Source of the DNA: Planctomycetota bacterium
GTDB taxonomy: Bacteria > Planctomycetota > SZUA-567 > H5-PLA8
DNA length: 43,155 nucleotides
Reading direction: 5' to 3'
Assembly: GCA_045863855.1 (NCBI GenBank)
Contig: BTVV01000046.1
Span: 1 to 43,155 of the forward strand
Within the stretch, counting starts at the first letter, position 1. Every line of letters starts with the position of its first letter. Position numbers and translations under genes: made by a program. This document shows positions 25,950 to 34,180 of this stretch, one piece after another. The notes under the pieces were generated by a model. It did not search any database, was not told where the DNA came from, and saw only the letters and a list, made by a program, of their open reading frames with translations.

Positions 25950-26306
25950 ATGATGGTCGCCAAGGCAAATCTGCCCAAGGCTCCCGGCTCCCTCGGGCCT
26001 GCTGGCTCTGCGCTGTGGGCCTCGCTCGTAGCTGAATACGAGTTCGGCGCGCATCACCTCGAAACGCTCCGGCTTGCCTGTGAGTGCTTGGATCGCCTCG
26101 CGGCGGCGTCTGAGGCGCTGCGGGCCGATGGGCTTTTCTGCGAGGACCGATTCGGACAGAAGCGCGCGCACCCAGCGGTTGAAACGGAACTGAGCAACAA
26201 GCGCGTGTTCTCGAAGCTGATTCGCGAGCTTGGGCTCGACGTTGCACAAGTCGATGAAGGCTACAGTCGGCCGGCGCATAGCATCCAATCGCGGGGGCGG
26301 CGCTGA
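25950..26306 (+). CDS. Terminase small subunit, P27-like
   Basis: PKAPGSLGPAGSALW...LRLACE...LRADGL..EDRFGQKRAHPAV...LIRELGL. Confidence 0.8.
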   Translation: MMVAKANLPKAPGSLGPAGSALWASLVAEYEFGAHHLETLRLACECLDRLAAASEALRADGLFCEDRFGQKRAHPAVETELSNKRVFSKLIRELGLDVAQVDEGYSRPAHSIQSRGRR

Positions 26307-26689
26307 TGCCACGTGTTCGACGGCGCGAACTGACGGCGCGGCGCGGCTGGACAGACGCCCACTTGATGCACGCGGTATGGGGCCACGACTTCTTTGGCGA
26401 CGGCTTCGGCAAGGGCGACGCGGGCCGCGAGGCGCTGCGCGAAGCGTGGGCAGACGAAGATTTCCGCACGCGTGTTTACGAGCGGCTGCGCGAACGGTTC
26501 GAGATGGAACGTTGCAGCGAGGTTATGCCCGCTGCGAACGCGATACGCGAAGCCTATCCGGTTCCTCGGGAGCACGCGGAATGGTTGCGCTGGGCGGTTC
26601 CTGAACGCAAGCGACGCGAAGGCGAACGCGCCGGGGCGCGGGCTGTGCTTGCTGGCGCTGCGAATGACGAGGTGGACCCGGATGATTGA
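26306..26689 (+). CDS. Hypothetical protein
   Basis: TGATG overlap with terS. Confidence 0.65.
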   Translation: MPRVRRRELTARRGWTDAHLMHAVWGHDFFGDGFGKGDAGREALREAWADEDFRTRVYERLRERFEMERCSEVMPAANAIREAYPVPREHAEWLRWAVPERKRREGERAGARAVLAGAANDEVDPDD

Positions 26690-26945
26690 GTTCTTCAACG
26701 CGGTACTGGCAGCGCTGTTGCCTTCGCCTGCGAAGCCGAAAGCCGACGCGCCGGAGCTTTTCACGCTGACCGGTACAGAAAAGGCGGCGCGGCTCCCGTT
26801 CGCCTCGAAGCCTGACGCCGAATCGAACCTTCGTGGGCCTGCGGGCGCCTGCGCCTACCACGTGGGCCAGCGTGAACAGAGCATGCCTGCGGCGCCCGCG
26901 GCTGACTCGATTCCGGTGTTTGGTCCGTCCGATTGGAGTAACTAA
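26682..26945 (+). CDS. Hypothetical protein
   Basis: MIEFFNAVLA...; GAGG RBS; fills the gap. Confidence 0.5.
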   Translation: MIEFFNAVLAALLPSPAKPKADAPELFTLTGTEKAARLPFASKPDAESNLRGPAGACAYHVGQREQSMPAAPAADSIPVFGPSDWSN

Positions 26946-26947
26946 GC

Positions 26948-27745
26948 ATGGCTGCTCCCTTCCCGACCTGCGTACACGAAGCCGGTCACCTCGTCGCCTG
27001 CGTTGCGCTGGGCGGCTTCGTTGACTCGGCCACGGTGGGCGCGGAAGGCGGGCGCGTGACCTCCCAAGGTCTGACGTCCTGGCGCGATGTGGTGGCTTTC
27101 GCCATGGCCGGCGAGGTGGCGCAAGCGAAGCTCCAGACTCGGGCGCTCGATTGGGCCAGTGCCGCCACCAAGGGCGACCGCGCCTTGATCGGCGAAGCCT
27201 TCGCCGCGGGCCTGGGGTTCACTCCGGATTACTTGGCAACGCATCCGGCATTTCTTCGTGAGCTTCAGCGCGCGCGGCTGCTCATCGTCGAGCGCTGGGC
27301 GGAAGTGCTTCAACTCGCCCATAGACTCCAGGTCTGCGGCTCCGTCTCGGACTCGGAAGCGCGGCGCGTGGTGAAGCTGGCGGCCGATGTAATCGAGCCC
27401 CCGCTTCCACATAGCGCCTTGTGCGATTCTGTATCGGACCTGGAAGTGGCGGCGGTGATGGTTCAGGACTGGCGGCGCTGGGCGACGGCGAGGCATGGAT
27501 ACAACCGCGAAAACTGGTTGCGGGCGACGGCAATTCTCGAAGCCCTCGAAGCGCGGCGGGAAGAGCTGGTTTATGCGGCTGATGCGCCCGCGAGAATGGA
27601 ACGCGCGCGGCGGCGGAAAGAGGCTGGCTTGCCTGTCGCTGGTGACGTTGGCGTGGTTCAACTGGCCGACCGTGACCGGCTCGGCGCAATCAAAGCATAC
27701 TGTGATTCATTCGGAATCACTGGCGAGCAAGGGAGAGAGGAATAA
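26948..27745 (+). CDS. HExxH metallopeptidase-like protein (M41/M50-like fold)
   Basis: HEAGHLVA...AMAGEVAQ...GD pattern of FtsH-type protease domains. Confidence 0.7.
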   Translation: MAAPFPTCVHEAGHLVACVALGGFVDSATVGAEGGRVTSQGLTSWRDVVAFAMAGEVAQAKLQTRALDWASAATKGDRALIGEAFAAGLGFTPDYLATHPAFLRELQRARLLIVERWAEVLQLAHRLQVCGSVSDSEARRVVKLAADVIEPPLPHSALCDSVSDLEVAAVMVQDWRRWATARHGYNRENWLRATAILEALEARREELVYAADAPARMERARRRKEAGLPVAGDVGVVQLADRDRLGAIKAYCDSFGITGEQGREE

Positions 27746-28542
27746 TGTTCAGCGCATTCGTTGAAAAAATCTTGGGTCGGCGCAACGCCGATGACGTGGC
27801 CGCGCGCGCGGCGGTAGCGGAATTGGCGGCGGCGGAAGCTGCCGGCAACGCGGATTCCGGCACGCTGGCAAATCTCGAAAAGCGCCTCGCGGGCCTGCAA
27901 ATCAGTCGCGACGAGTTCCGCGAGCAAGTCGAGCTGCACCGGAAGCGGGCACGGCTGAAGGCTTCGGCTGCCACGGCTCCAGCGCTCGCGAAGAAAGCGG
28001 ACGAAGCGGCCTTCAATGCCGATGCAACGGTCTGGAAGGAACGCGAGACGACGCACCGGTTGCGCGCTGAGGTTCAGGCTGCGGAACTGGCAGCGCAGAA
28101 CGCGCGGAGTCTGGCGAACGCGGCGGAACGTGACGCGCGCGAACTGGCGGCGCTCGAATATCAGAACGCGGAAGCATTCGGCCTGCCGCGGCGTGACTTG
28201 GATTCCTGCTCCCTACGCCATGGCGAGAACTATCTCGCGCATGGGGACGATGACGCGCCGGTGCAGGACGTTCCGGCCGACGTGTTCCATCGTGAGTTGC
28301 TGCGCCGGCGGGATCTTCTGGACGCTGCCCAAAAGGAAGCCTATGTAGCGCATCAGCGCGCATGGGAAATCTACGCGGCGGCGATTACCCGGCCGGGCGA
28401 TCCGTCCATGCTCGAAAGCGACGCGCACGAAGCCGAGTGGAAGGCCGCCGTTGCCAGGCGCGCGAAAGCTGCCGGCGTGGTCCGGCCGCCGATGCAGGCG
28501 CCGCGGCTGACCTGGGCCGATGTGGTGAAGGCTTCCAAGTGA
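27745..28542 (+). CDS. Ala-rich coiled-coil protein
   Basis: TAATG overlap; GAGG RBS; helical composition. Confidence 0.7.
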   Translation: MFSAFVEKILGRRNADDVAARAAVAELAAAEAAGNADSGTLANLEKRLAGLQISRDEFREQVELHRKRARLKASAATAPALAKKADEAAFNADATVWKERETTHRLRAEVQAAELAAQNARSLANAAERDARELAALEYQNAEAFGLPRRDLDSCSLRHGENYLAHGDDDAPVQDVPADVFHRELLRRRDLLDAAQKEAYVAHQRAWEIYAAAITRPGDPSMLESDAHEAEWKAAVARRAKAAGVVRPPMQAPRLTWADVVKASK

Positions 28543-28814
28543 TGAACGCGAGCGCGATTCATGCAGGAATCGAGGCGGAAATTCAACTCCACGAAGCTCG
28601 CGGGACCAAGGCGCGGCTGGCGTGTGAAAGCATCTTAGAGGCGGCGCTGGGCGTGGGCCGCGAAAAACTGAGCGCCGAAGAACAGCGGGAATATGACCTC
28701 TACTCCCGTGAACTGGAAAGCGCCCAAGCGGCCATTGACGCGCTGGCGGATCGTCTCGAAGCGCTGAACGCGGCCGGTTCGGCGTTCATCCGGGCTTGTG
28801 AGGTGCGGGCTTAA
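28542..28814 (+). CDS. Small coiled-coil protein resembling an HK97 capsid delta/scaffold segment
   Basis: REKLSAEEQREYDLYSRELESAQAAIDAL; TGATG overlap. Confidence 0.55.
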   Translation: MNASAIHAGIEAEIQLHEARGTKARLACESILEAALGVGREKLSAEEQREYDLYSRELESAQAAIDALADRLEALNAAGSAFIRACEVRA

Positions 28815-28816
28815 TC

Positions 28817-30496
28817 ATGGCAAACGTTCGAACACTCTCTGTATCAATCGTTGCTCGAACCGCGGGCTTCGCGAAGGGCATCAAGCAAGCAATCGGGCTG
28901 AACAAAAGTTTTTCGGCGTCCGTGAAAAACGCAAGCGTGGGCCTGGCGAAAATGTCGGCGGGCTTCGCCGTGGCTGCGGGCGCGGGCCTCGCTGCGCTCA
29001 CCAAGTCGTCAATGGAAAGCATTGACACGGCTGCGAAGCTGTCTGACAAGCTGGGCCTCTCCATTGACAGCCTACGCGGCCTTCAGTACGCGGCGGGGCT
29101 CGCGGGTTCATCGTCCGAAACGATGAACAAATCGCTGGAAAAGATGAGTCAGAATCTCGGCAACGCGCTGGGCGGCTCCGGTGAAGTAGCTGAGCAACTT
29201 AAAGGCATGGGCCTGAGCGCGGCGGCGTTGGTTCAAATGGACGCCGGGGAAGCGTTCGGGAAGATCGCCGATGGTATCCGGGCGCTGCCTACGCCTGCCC
29301 AACAAAGCGCCGCCGCCATGTCCATATTCGGGCGCGCGGGTACGGAGTTGCTGCCTACGATTCTACAGGGTAGCGCGGCGCTGAGGGACCAGACCAAGGA
29401 GTTCATCGGGCTGCGCGGCGCTATGTCGCGGGTGGATGCGTCGTTTGTGGAGCACGCGAACGATGCGCTTACACGCGCGGGTGAGGCTGTCAAGGGCCTT
29501 GGTGACCGGCTCGCCGTCGTGCTCGCTCCTGCTGTTTCGGCGGTGGCCGAGTCCTTTACGAGTTGGATTGTAGGCGCGATTCCGAACACAAACACGCTCA
29601 ATGCAAGCGTGGAGCGCCTGGCGCAACTCACGGGCTTTGCTGCCGATGCTGCGGTGGGCCTCGCGGCAATCTGGAACGATATTCGATATTCAGCCGATAA
29701 GGCGAGCGCCGCGGCGCTGCGCATGACCGGCGACCTTAGCTTGCTCGGTACGGGCAACCTTGGCGATTCGTACACGGGCCAGGAAGCGATACGCAAACAA
29801 ATGAAGGCGCTTGAAGCGAAGGGGCTTCAGGGCGGCTCGGTCTACAAGAATTTACAGAATCGCCTGCGCGCGAAGTCTCAATTCGAGCGCATGGCCGACC
29901 TTGCAGATGCGCAAGCGGGCGACCGCTTCAGCGCGGGCACGGGCTACCGAAACCAGTTCAAAACGGGCGCCGGGAGTGCGGCCGTCAACGAAGCACTGGC
30001 CGGCGTGCGAGCGCGGCAGGCGGAAGCGGCGGCGGCGCTGGCGACGATGAAGAAAAGTATCGGCGGCGGTGCGTCTCCGGGCGTGCTCCTGGGTAAGAGC
30101 ATCGGCGACGGGATCGCGCAAGGTATCAAGATGGCGCGGGACCATCTCGAAGAAATGAAGGGCTTCGCCGATGGCCTGCTTGAAAGCATCGCCAGCCCGG
30201 AAGCCAAGTTGCAGGACTTCATTACGAAAGTAGGCGCGGCCATGCGCGCGGGGCTGCTCGACGCAACGCAAGGGGCGGCGGGCATCAAAGCCGAGATGGA
30301 CAGGCTATTTCCGGGTGGCGAAACAGGCGGGCGGTTCGGCGCGTTCCAGCAGATTGATTTAAGCCGCGTGAGCGTCGGGGCGATTGCTTCGAACAAGCCG
30401 CAGAAGGTGGAAGGCACGATGGACAAGCCGATGTTGAACGCGCTGAAGAAGATTGAAGCGAACACGAAGCGGCCGCCCGTGGCGGTGTTTGGATAA
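28817..30496 (+). CDS. Phage tail tape-measure-like protein
   Basis: N-term MANVRTLSVSIVARTAGFAKG; IDTAAKLSDKLG..LRGLQYAA..AG and AAAMSIFGRAGTELLP motifs; Ala/Gly-rich helical. Confidence 0.85.
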   Translation: MANVRTLSVSIVARTAGFAKGIKQAIGLNKSFSASVKNASVGLAKMSAGFAVAAGAGLAALTKSSMESIDTAAKLSDKLGLSIDSLRGLQYAAGLAGSSSETMNKSLEKMSQNLGNALGGSGEVAEQLKGMGLSAAALVQMDAGEAFGKIADGIRALPTPAQQSAAAMSIFGRAGTELLPTILQGSAALRDQTKEFIGLRGAMSRVDASFVEHANDALTRAGEAVKGLGDRLAVVLAPAVSAVAESFTSWIVGAIPNTNTLNASVERLAQLTGFAADAAVGLAAIWNDIRYSADKASAAALRMTGDLSLLGTGNLGDSYTGQEAIRKQMKALEAKGLQGGSVYKNLQNRLRAKSQFERMADLADAQAGDRFSAGTGYRNQFKTGAGSAAVNEALAGVRARQAEAAAALATMKKSIGGGASPGVLLGKSIGDGIAQGIKMARDHLEEMKGFADGLLESIASPEAKLQDFITKVGAAMRAGLLDATQGAAGIKAEMDRLFPGGETGGRFGAFQQIDLSRVSVGAIASNKPQKVEGTMDKPMLNALKKIEANTKRPPVAVFG

Positions 30497-30499
30497 CCG

Positions 30500-31297
30500 A
30501 TGCCGACCGTTAAAGACCTCGTAGAAGAAAGCAGCCTCGAAGAAGGCTCCGAAGGCTACACCTGCACGCGCGCCTTCATGGTGTCCGGGTTGACGGGTGA
30601 CGCCGACCGCAAGCTGTTTTCGGCGCTCGAAGCAGACGGCATTCCTCGTCGTGGTGACTTCCATCCTTCGATTCCAAACCTCGTCGCGGTTGGGCGCTCC
30701 ACCGATGCTATCGACGTTGGCACCATCAAGGTACGGGTGACGTACAAGCCGTACAACGCTTCGACGGTGATTAACGAAGTGGCTCCGCCGAAGGTGAGCA
30801 TGGGCGCGACGGTGCAGGACTTGGAAACTTACAAGGACCACACCGGCGCGACTATGTACGTGTACTACACCTCCACCCCTGTCAACGGGGCGAGCGTGTA
30901 CGACAAAACGAAGGACAGCGGGAAGGCTACGGGCAAAGTAAACCGCTCGTATCCAATGCCCGTCGCGCGGCTGACCCGGCGCGAACGCAAGAACCCGCTG
31001 GACCTCGCGTTGCAATACGTCGGCCGCGTCAACCTGCTTGCCTTCCGTGGCGGGGCGGCGCGCACGTGGCTTATCACTCGCATCGAAGGTGACAGCGAGG
31101 ACGGCGGCGAGAGCTTCACGAATACGTATGAACTCGCCTACAACCCGTCCACGTGGGATGCAACGGTTATCTTTGCCGACAAGGAAACCGGCGAGATTCC
31201 GAACGCGCCTGAACCGAGCGAAGGCAACGGCATCGCCACGTTCCAAATCTATCCTGCCGTGGACTTTGACCCGCTGAACCTGGGGGCGCTGTCGTGA
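30500..31297 (+). CDS. Putative tail (distal/tip-associated) protein
   Basis: Follows the TMP; beta-rich, GIPRRGDFHP...VRVTY. Confidence 0.55.
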   Translation: MPTVKDLVEESSLEEGSEGYTCTRAFMVSGLTGDADRKLFSALEADGIPRRGDFHPSIPNLVAVGRSTDAIDVGTIKVRVTYKPYNASTVINEVAPPKVSMGATVQDLETYKDHTGATMYVYYTSTPVNGASVYDKTKDSGKATGKVNRSYPMPVARLTRRERKNPLDLALQYVGRVNLLAFRGGAARTWLITRIEGDSEDGGESFTNTYELAYNPSTWDATVIFADKETGEIPNAPEPSEGNGIATFQIYPAVDFDPLNLGALS

Positions 31298-31833
31298 GCG
31301 ATTCCCCTTCGATGCCGCTTCCGAAAGTGGTCACGGGCCAAGCCGTCACTGCGGGCAAGTGGAATGACCACGTTTCCGCAATCAACACGCTGCGGAAGGG
31401 CGTGCATCCGCCGGAACAAATCTTCCCCGAGCGGCAGGCGCGGGCGGCGACGATTGCGCTATTCCAGGTCGTGAGCGTGAGCACCGATTACCTCGTTTGC
31501 AATCCCTTCGACGGCGCAAGCGGCGAAGCGGGTACGGATGTGGTCAACGTGGCGCTGCCGTACCTGCTCCGGCGTACTCCGTTCCATGGATCTACGCGCG
31601 AGGGTATCGCGTACTCCTACACTTCGGCGACGGCGCGCACGGCAACGCTTGGAAGCGATACAGAGTCGCAAGTGATTGTGCCGAGCTACGCGGCGGGGGA
31701 TTTAATCTTCGCGGTTCGCGGCGTGCTGCGGGGCACCGGCGCGGTGCTGACGGACGGGAACAACATCACAACGGCGCTCGAATGGATTGATATGAACTTC
31801 GACGGCCGCGCCTGGGCGAAGGACGACGCATGA
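31294..31833 (+). CDS. Putative tail-tip/structural protein
   Basis: VVTGQAVTAGKWN N-terminus typical of tail-associated proteins; position in the module. Confidence 0.5.
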   Translation: MSDSPSMPLPKVVTGQAVTAGKWNDHVSAINTLRKGVHPPEQIFPERQARAATIALFQVVSVSTDYLVCNPFDGASGEAGTDVVNVALPYLLRRTPFHGSTREGIAYSYTSATARTATLGSDTESQVIVPSYAAGDLIFAVRGVLRGTGAVLTDGNNITTALEWIDMNFDGRAWAKDDA

Positions 31834-32012
31834 CGAGCGCGAAGATTCAAACCGGGAGCGTAGCGCGGTTTCGCGACCTCCCGCGGGCGAAGCACCACAA
31901 GGGCCAAGTGTGGCGCGTGCTCAAAGATGATGGGTGGTCGCTGCTGCGCGTGGGCAAGCAACCGGGCTTGTATCGCAGTGACGGCTTGGTCTGGGAACGA
32001 ATCGAGGGTTAA
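31830..32012 (+). CDS. Hypothetical protein
   Basis: ATGA overlap. Confidence 0.5.
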   Translation: MTSAKIQTGSVARFRDLPRAKHHKGQVWRVLKDDGWSLLRVGKQPGLYRSDGLVWERIEG

Positions 32013-32015
32013 ATC

Positions 32016-32453
32016 GTGTCTTACAACGCAACTCTGCTCGAAGACGTGGAAACGCTGGTTGCTGGCACCAAGTGCGACAAGAAAATCGAAGTCGCGTACA
32101 CAAGCGGCGGCGCGGAGCGGCTGCTGTACTGGACGCCAGGCGTCACGAATCGGGCGCGGGGCATCTGGTCGGTGAACAAAGCCACGGGCACGCCGACCGC
32201 GATTGCGAGCCTGACGGGCGCCGAACGCTTCGATGCGACCTGGGCCGCGTATCCACTAATGCAGGAAATGCGCGCGCACGTGAGGACGCTTTTCAACGGG
32301 AGCATAGCGGCGGCTGAAGTATCCGCCTTCGATGATGCTTTCGCGGCGCTGTGGGAGATGCGGCTGTACTGGAAGGAGTACCGAAAGACGCTGGGCGGCG
32401 GCGATCCGAAAAGCTGGTTCCAGTATACCCCTTCGCCGACGCATTACGTTTGA
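32016..32453 (+). CDS. Hypothetical protein
   Basis: GTG start after GAGG. Confidence 0.6.
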   Translation: MSYNATLLEDVETLVAGTKCDKKIEVAYTSGGAERLLYWTPGVTNRARGIWSVNKATGTPTAIASLTGAERFDATWAAYPLMQEMRAHVRTLFNGSIAAAEVSAFDDAFAALWEMRLYWKEYRKTLGGGDPKSWFQYTPSPTHYV

Positions 32454-32641
32454 GGCGCAAAAATCGCGCCGTCCTTGACCGCGTGGTCAAGGCTGAGGGC
32501 TCTACCGTCCCCTTCCGGTATCCCTCGTAACTTTCTTTTTTTCGCTGAACCGCGCTCGCTCTCCCGACGCGGTACGGCGTAGGTTCAGGTAAGGAGTGTC
32601 GGGAGCGCTCCAAGCCTGAACCCACAAGGGAGAATAATTCC

Positions 32642-33370
32642 ATGAGCGTTTACAAAAGAAACTCGCGCGCTGCTGGTCGTGAGATTCGGCGTGCGCTCTC
32701 GGCTCGCAACGCGGCGGAAGCGCTGGGCGAGATTACGCGCGGCTGCGAGATATACGGGCTGAGCAAGGGACAGTTCTCCCTCGTCGATATCATCGAACAC
32801 TGCTTGAAGGCCACGGGGCCGGCTGATGTGGTCTTGAGCACGTGGACCGCGGCCGGCGCGGATATTGACTTTGCCTTGGCGCTGCTGCGGAATGGCTCTA
32901 TCCGCTCGATGCGTTTCATTGTGGATTTCTCTTTTCCGACGCGGCAACCGGCTTACTGTGCGGCGCTGCGCGAGCGGTTCGGCGACGACGCAATCCGGCT
33001 GACCAAGACACACGCGAAATTCGTAACGATTACTAATACCGATTGGAACCTCGTGATTCGTTCGTCAATGAACCTGAACGAAAACCGGCGCTTGGAATCG
33101 TTCGAGATTTCGGACGATGCGGGCATGGCTGCGTACCTGCGCGAAGTCTGCCAGGAGCTATTCGACGGGCACGCGGCCGGGAAGCAATTCGCCCAGCGGC
33201 CGTTCGACGTGTGCAAGGACTTTGAATCCTTCGGCGAGTCTGAACCCGTGGCCGATGCGGAGCGGAAGGCGCTGGCCGGGGACGGCGGGAAGTATTTCAA
33301 CGATGGACCGACCGGCACGGATTTACGGCGCGCGGGCTGGACCACGGCGAAGGGGAAGGGCTTGGAATGA
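32642..33370 (+). CDS. Phospholipase D-fold (HKD-like) protein, possible nuclease
   Basis: THAKFVTI...IRSSMNLNEN..E motif. Confidence 0.7.
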   Translation: MSVYKRNSRAAGREIRRALSARNAAEALGEITRGCEIYGLSKGQFSLVDIIEHCLKATGPADVVLSTWTAAGADIDFALALLRNGSIRSMRFIVDFSFPTRQPAYCAALRERFGDDAIRLTKTHAKFVTITNTDWNLVIRSSMNLNENRRLESFEISDDAGMAAYLREVCQELFDGHAAGKQFAQRPFDVCKDFESFGESEPVADAERKALAGDGGKYFNDGPTGTDLRRAGWTTAKGKGLE

Positions 33371-33672
33371 GCGCACCGGAACATCTGAGCGACGCGCAAC
33401 GCGCGGTATGGGATGAGGTTGAAGCGGTGGCCGGTCCTTGCGTCTCCGAGTCGGCGGCGCAACTCCGTGAGGCGTACTGTATCGAGCGGGCAAGGTGGCT
33501 CGAAGCTGAGGCTTACCTTCGCGAGAATGGCGACGTGCTGACGCTGCGGAACGACAAGGGCCAAGTGCTTAAGGTGCTCGAAGCGCCGCAACTCAAGATC
33601 GCCCAACGGTCCCGAGACGCGGCCTTGCGCCTGGCTGGCCGGATCGGGTTAAGCGCGCGGCGGAAGGCCTGA
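33367..33672 (+). CDS. Second P27-like terminase small subunit
   Basis: APEHLSDAQRAVW...YC...LRENG...PQLKI...LAGRIGLSARR. Confidence 0.7.
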   Translation: MSAPEHLSDAQRAVWDEVEAVAGPCVSESAAQLREAYCIERARWLEAEAYLRENGDVLTLRNDKGQVLKVLEAPQLKIAQRSRDAALRLAGRIGLSARRKA

Positions 33673-33938
33673 GCCACCCGCCCGGGTATTTCATCTCTGG
33701 CATGGATTCCCTGAGACCCTAGTTGCAGGCACACGTATTACCCGGACAGTTTTGGGGGTGGGGGGTGCTCGACGCGGGAAGGGCTCGCGACTGCGCACCG
33801 TTGGCGCTGGTGAGGCGTTCGCGGCCGCGGCTCGATGAAGTGACGGGCGCCGGAAAGAACGGGCCAGGATGCACGGGAACGCAAGCTAGACCGATACAAC
33901 AAAGAGACAACGCGCTAAAATCTCTATAGATAAATCAG

Positions 33939-33981
33939 GGATTAGAAATCCGCTGCTCTGTCCGGTTGAGCTATGGGGACG
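33939..33981 (-). repeat. att direct repeat, right copy = isolated 5' half of tRNA-Arg(TCT)
   Basis: Identical to 17364-17406; covers the acceptor 5' strand through the anticodon loop only. Confidence 0.95.
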
Positions 33982-34022
33982 CAGGGCGAGCGACGGGATA
34001 GGCCGCCGCATACGCCGGGGTC

Positions 34023-34051
34023 AATATACGCCATCTTTTAGGCTGCGCCAA
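34023..34051 (-). promoter_or_regulatory. Candidate native sigma70 promoter of tRNA-Arg
   Basis: Minus strand TTGGCG-N17-TATATT, ~40 nt upstream of the tRNA 5' fragment. Confidence 0.55.
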
Positions 34052-34180
34052 TGGGGAGCGATCTCAAGGCCGCGAATCTATCGCATGACCCTCTCCTCCT
34101 TATATTGCCTTCACTACCACCCTCCTTCAGCCGATACCGAACGGGACTCGGTATGCCTAATGCCCGGGGAGGGGTGCGTC

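Larger units (their letters stand above)
17364..33981 (+). mobile_element. ~16.6-kb integrated phage-satellite-like element (or reduced prophage) in tRNA-Arg(TCT)
   Basis: 43-bp att repeats, integrase at one end, replication and TerS genes, G(A/G)(T/G)ACAAC arm-like repeats at both ends (17463, 17474, 17492; 33893, 33904). Confidence 0.92.

Noticed and set aside
33939..33981. Second tRNA-Arg gene
   Set aside because: Lacks the rest of the anticodon stem, the T-arm and the 3' acceptor strand; it is the att fragment.
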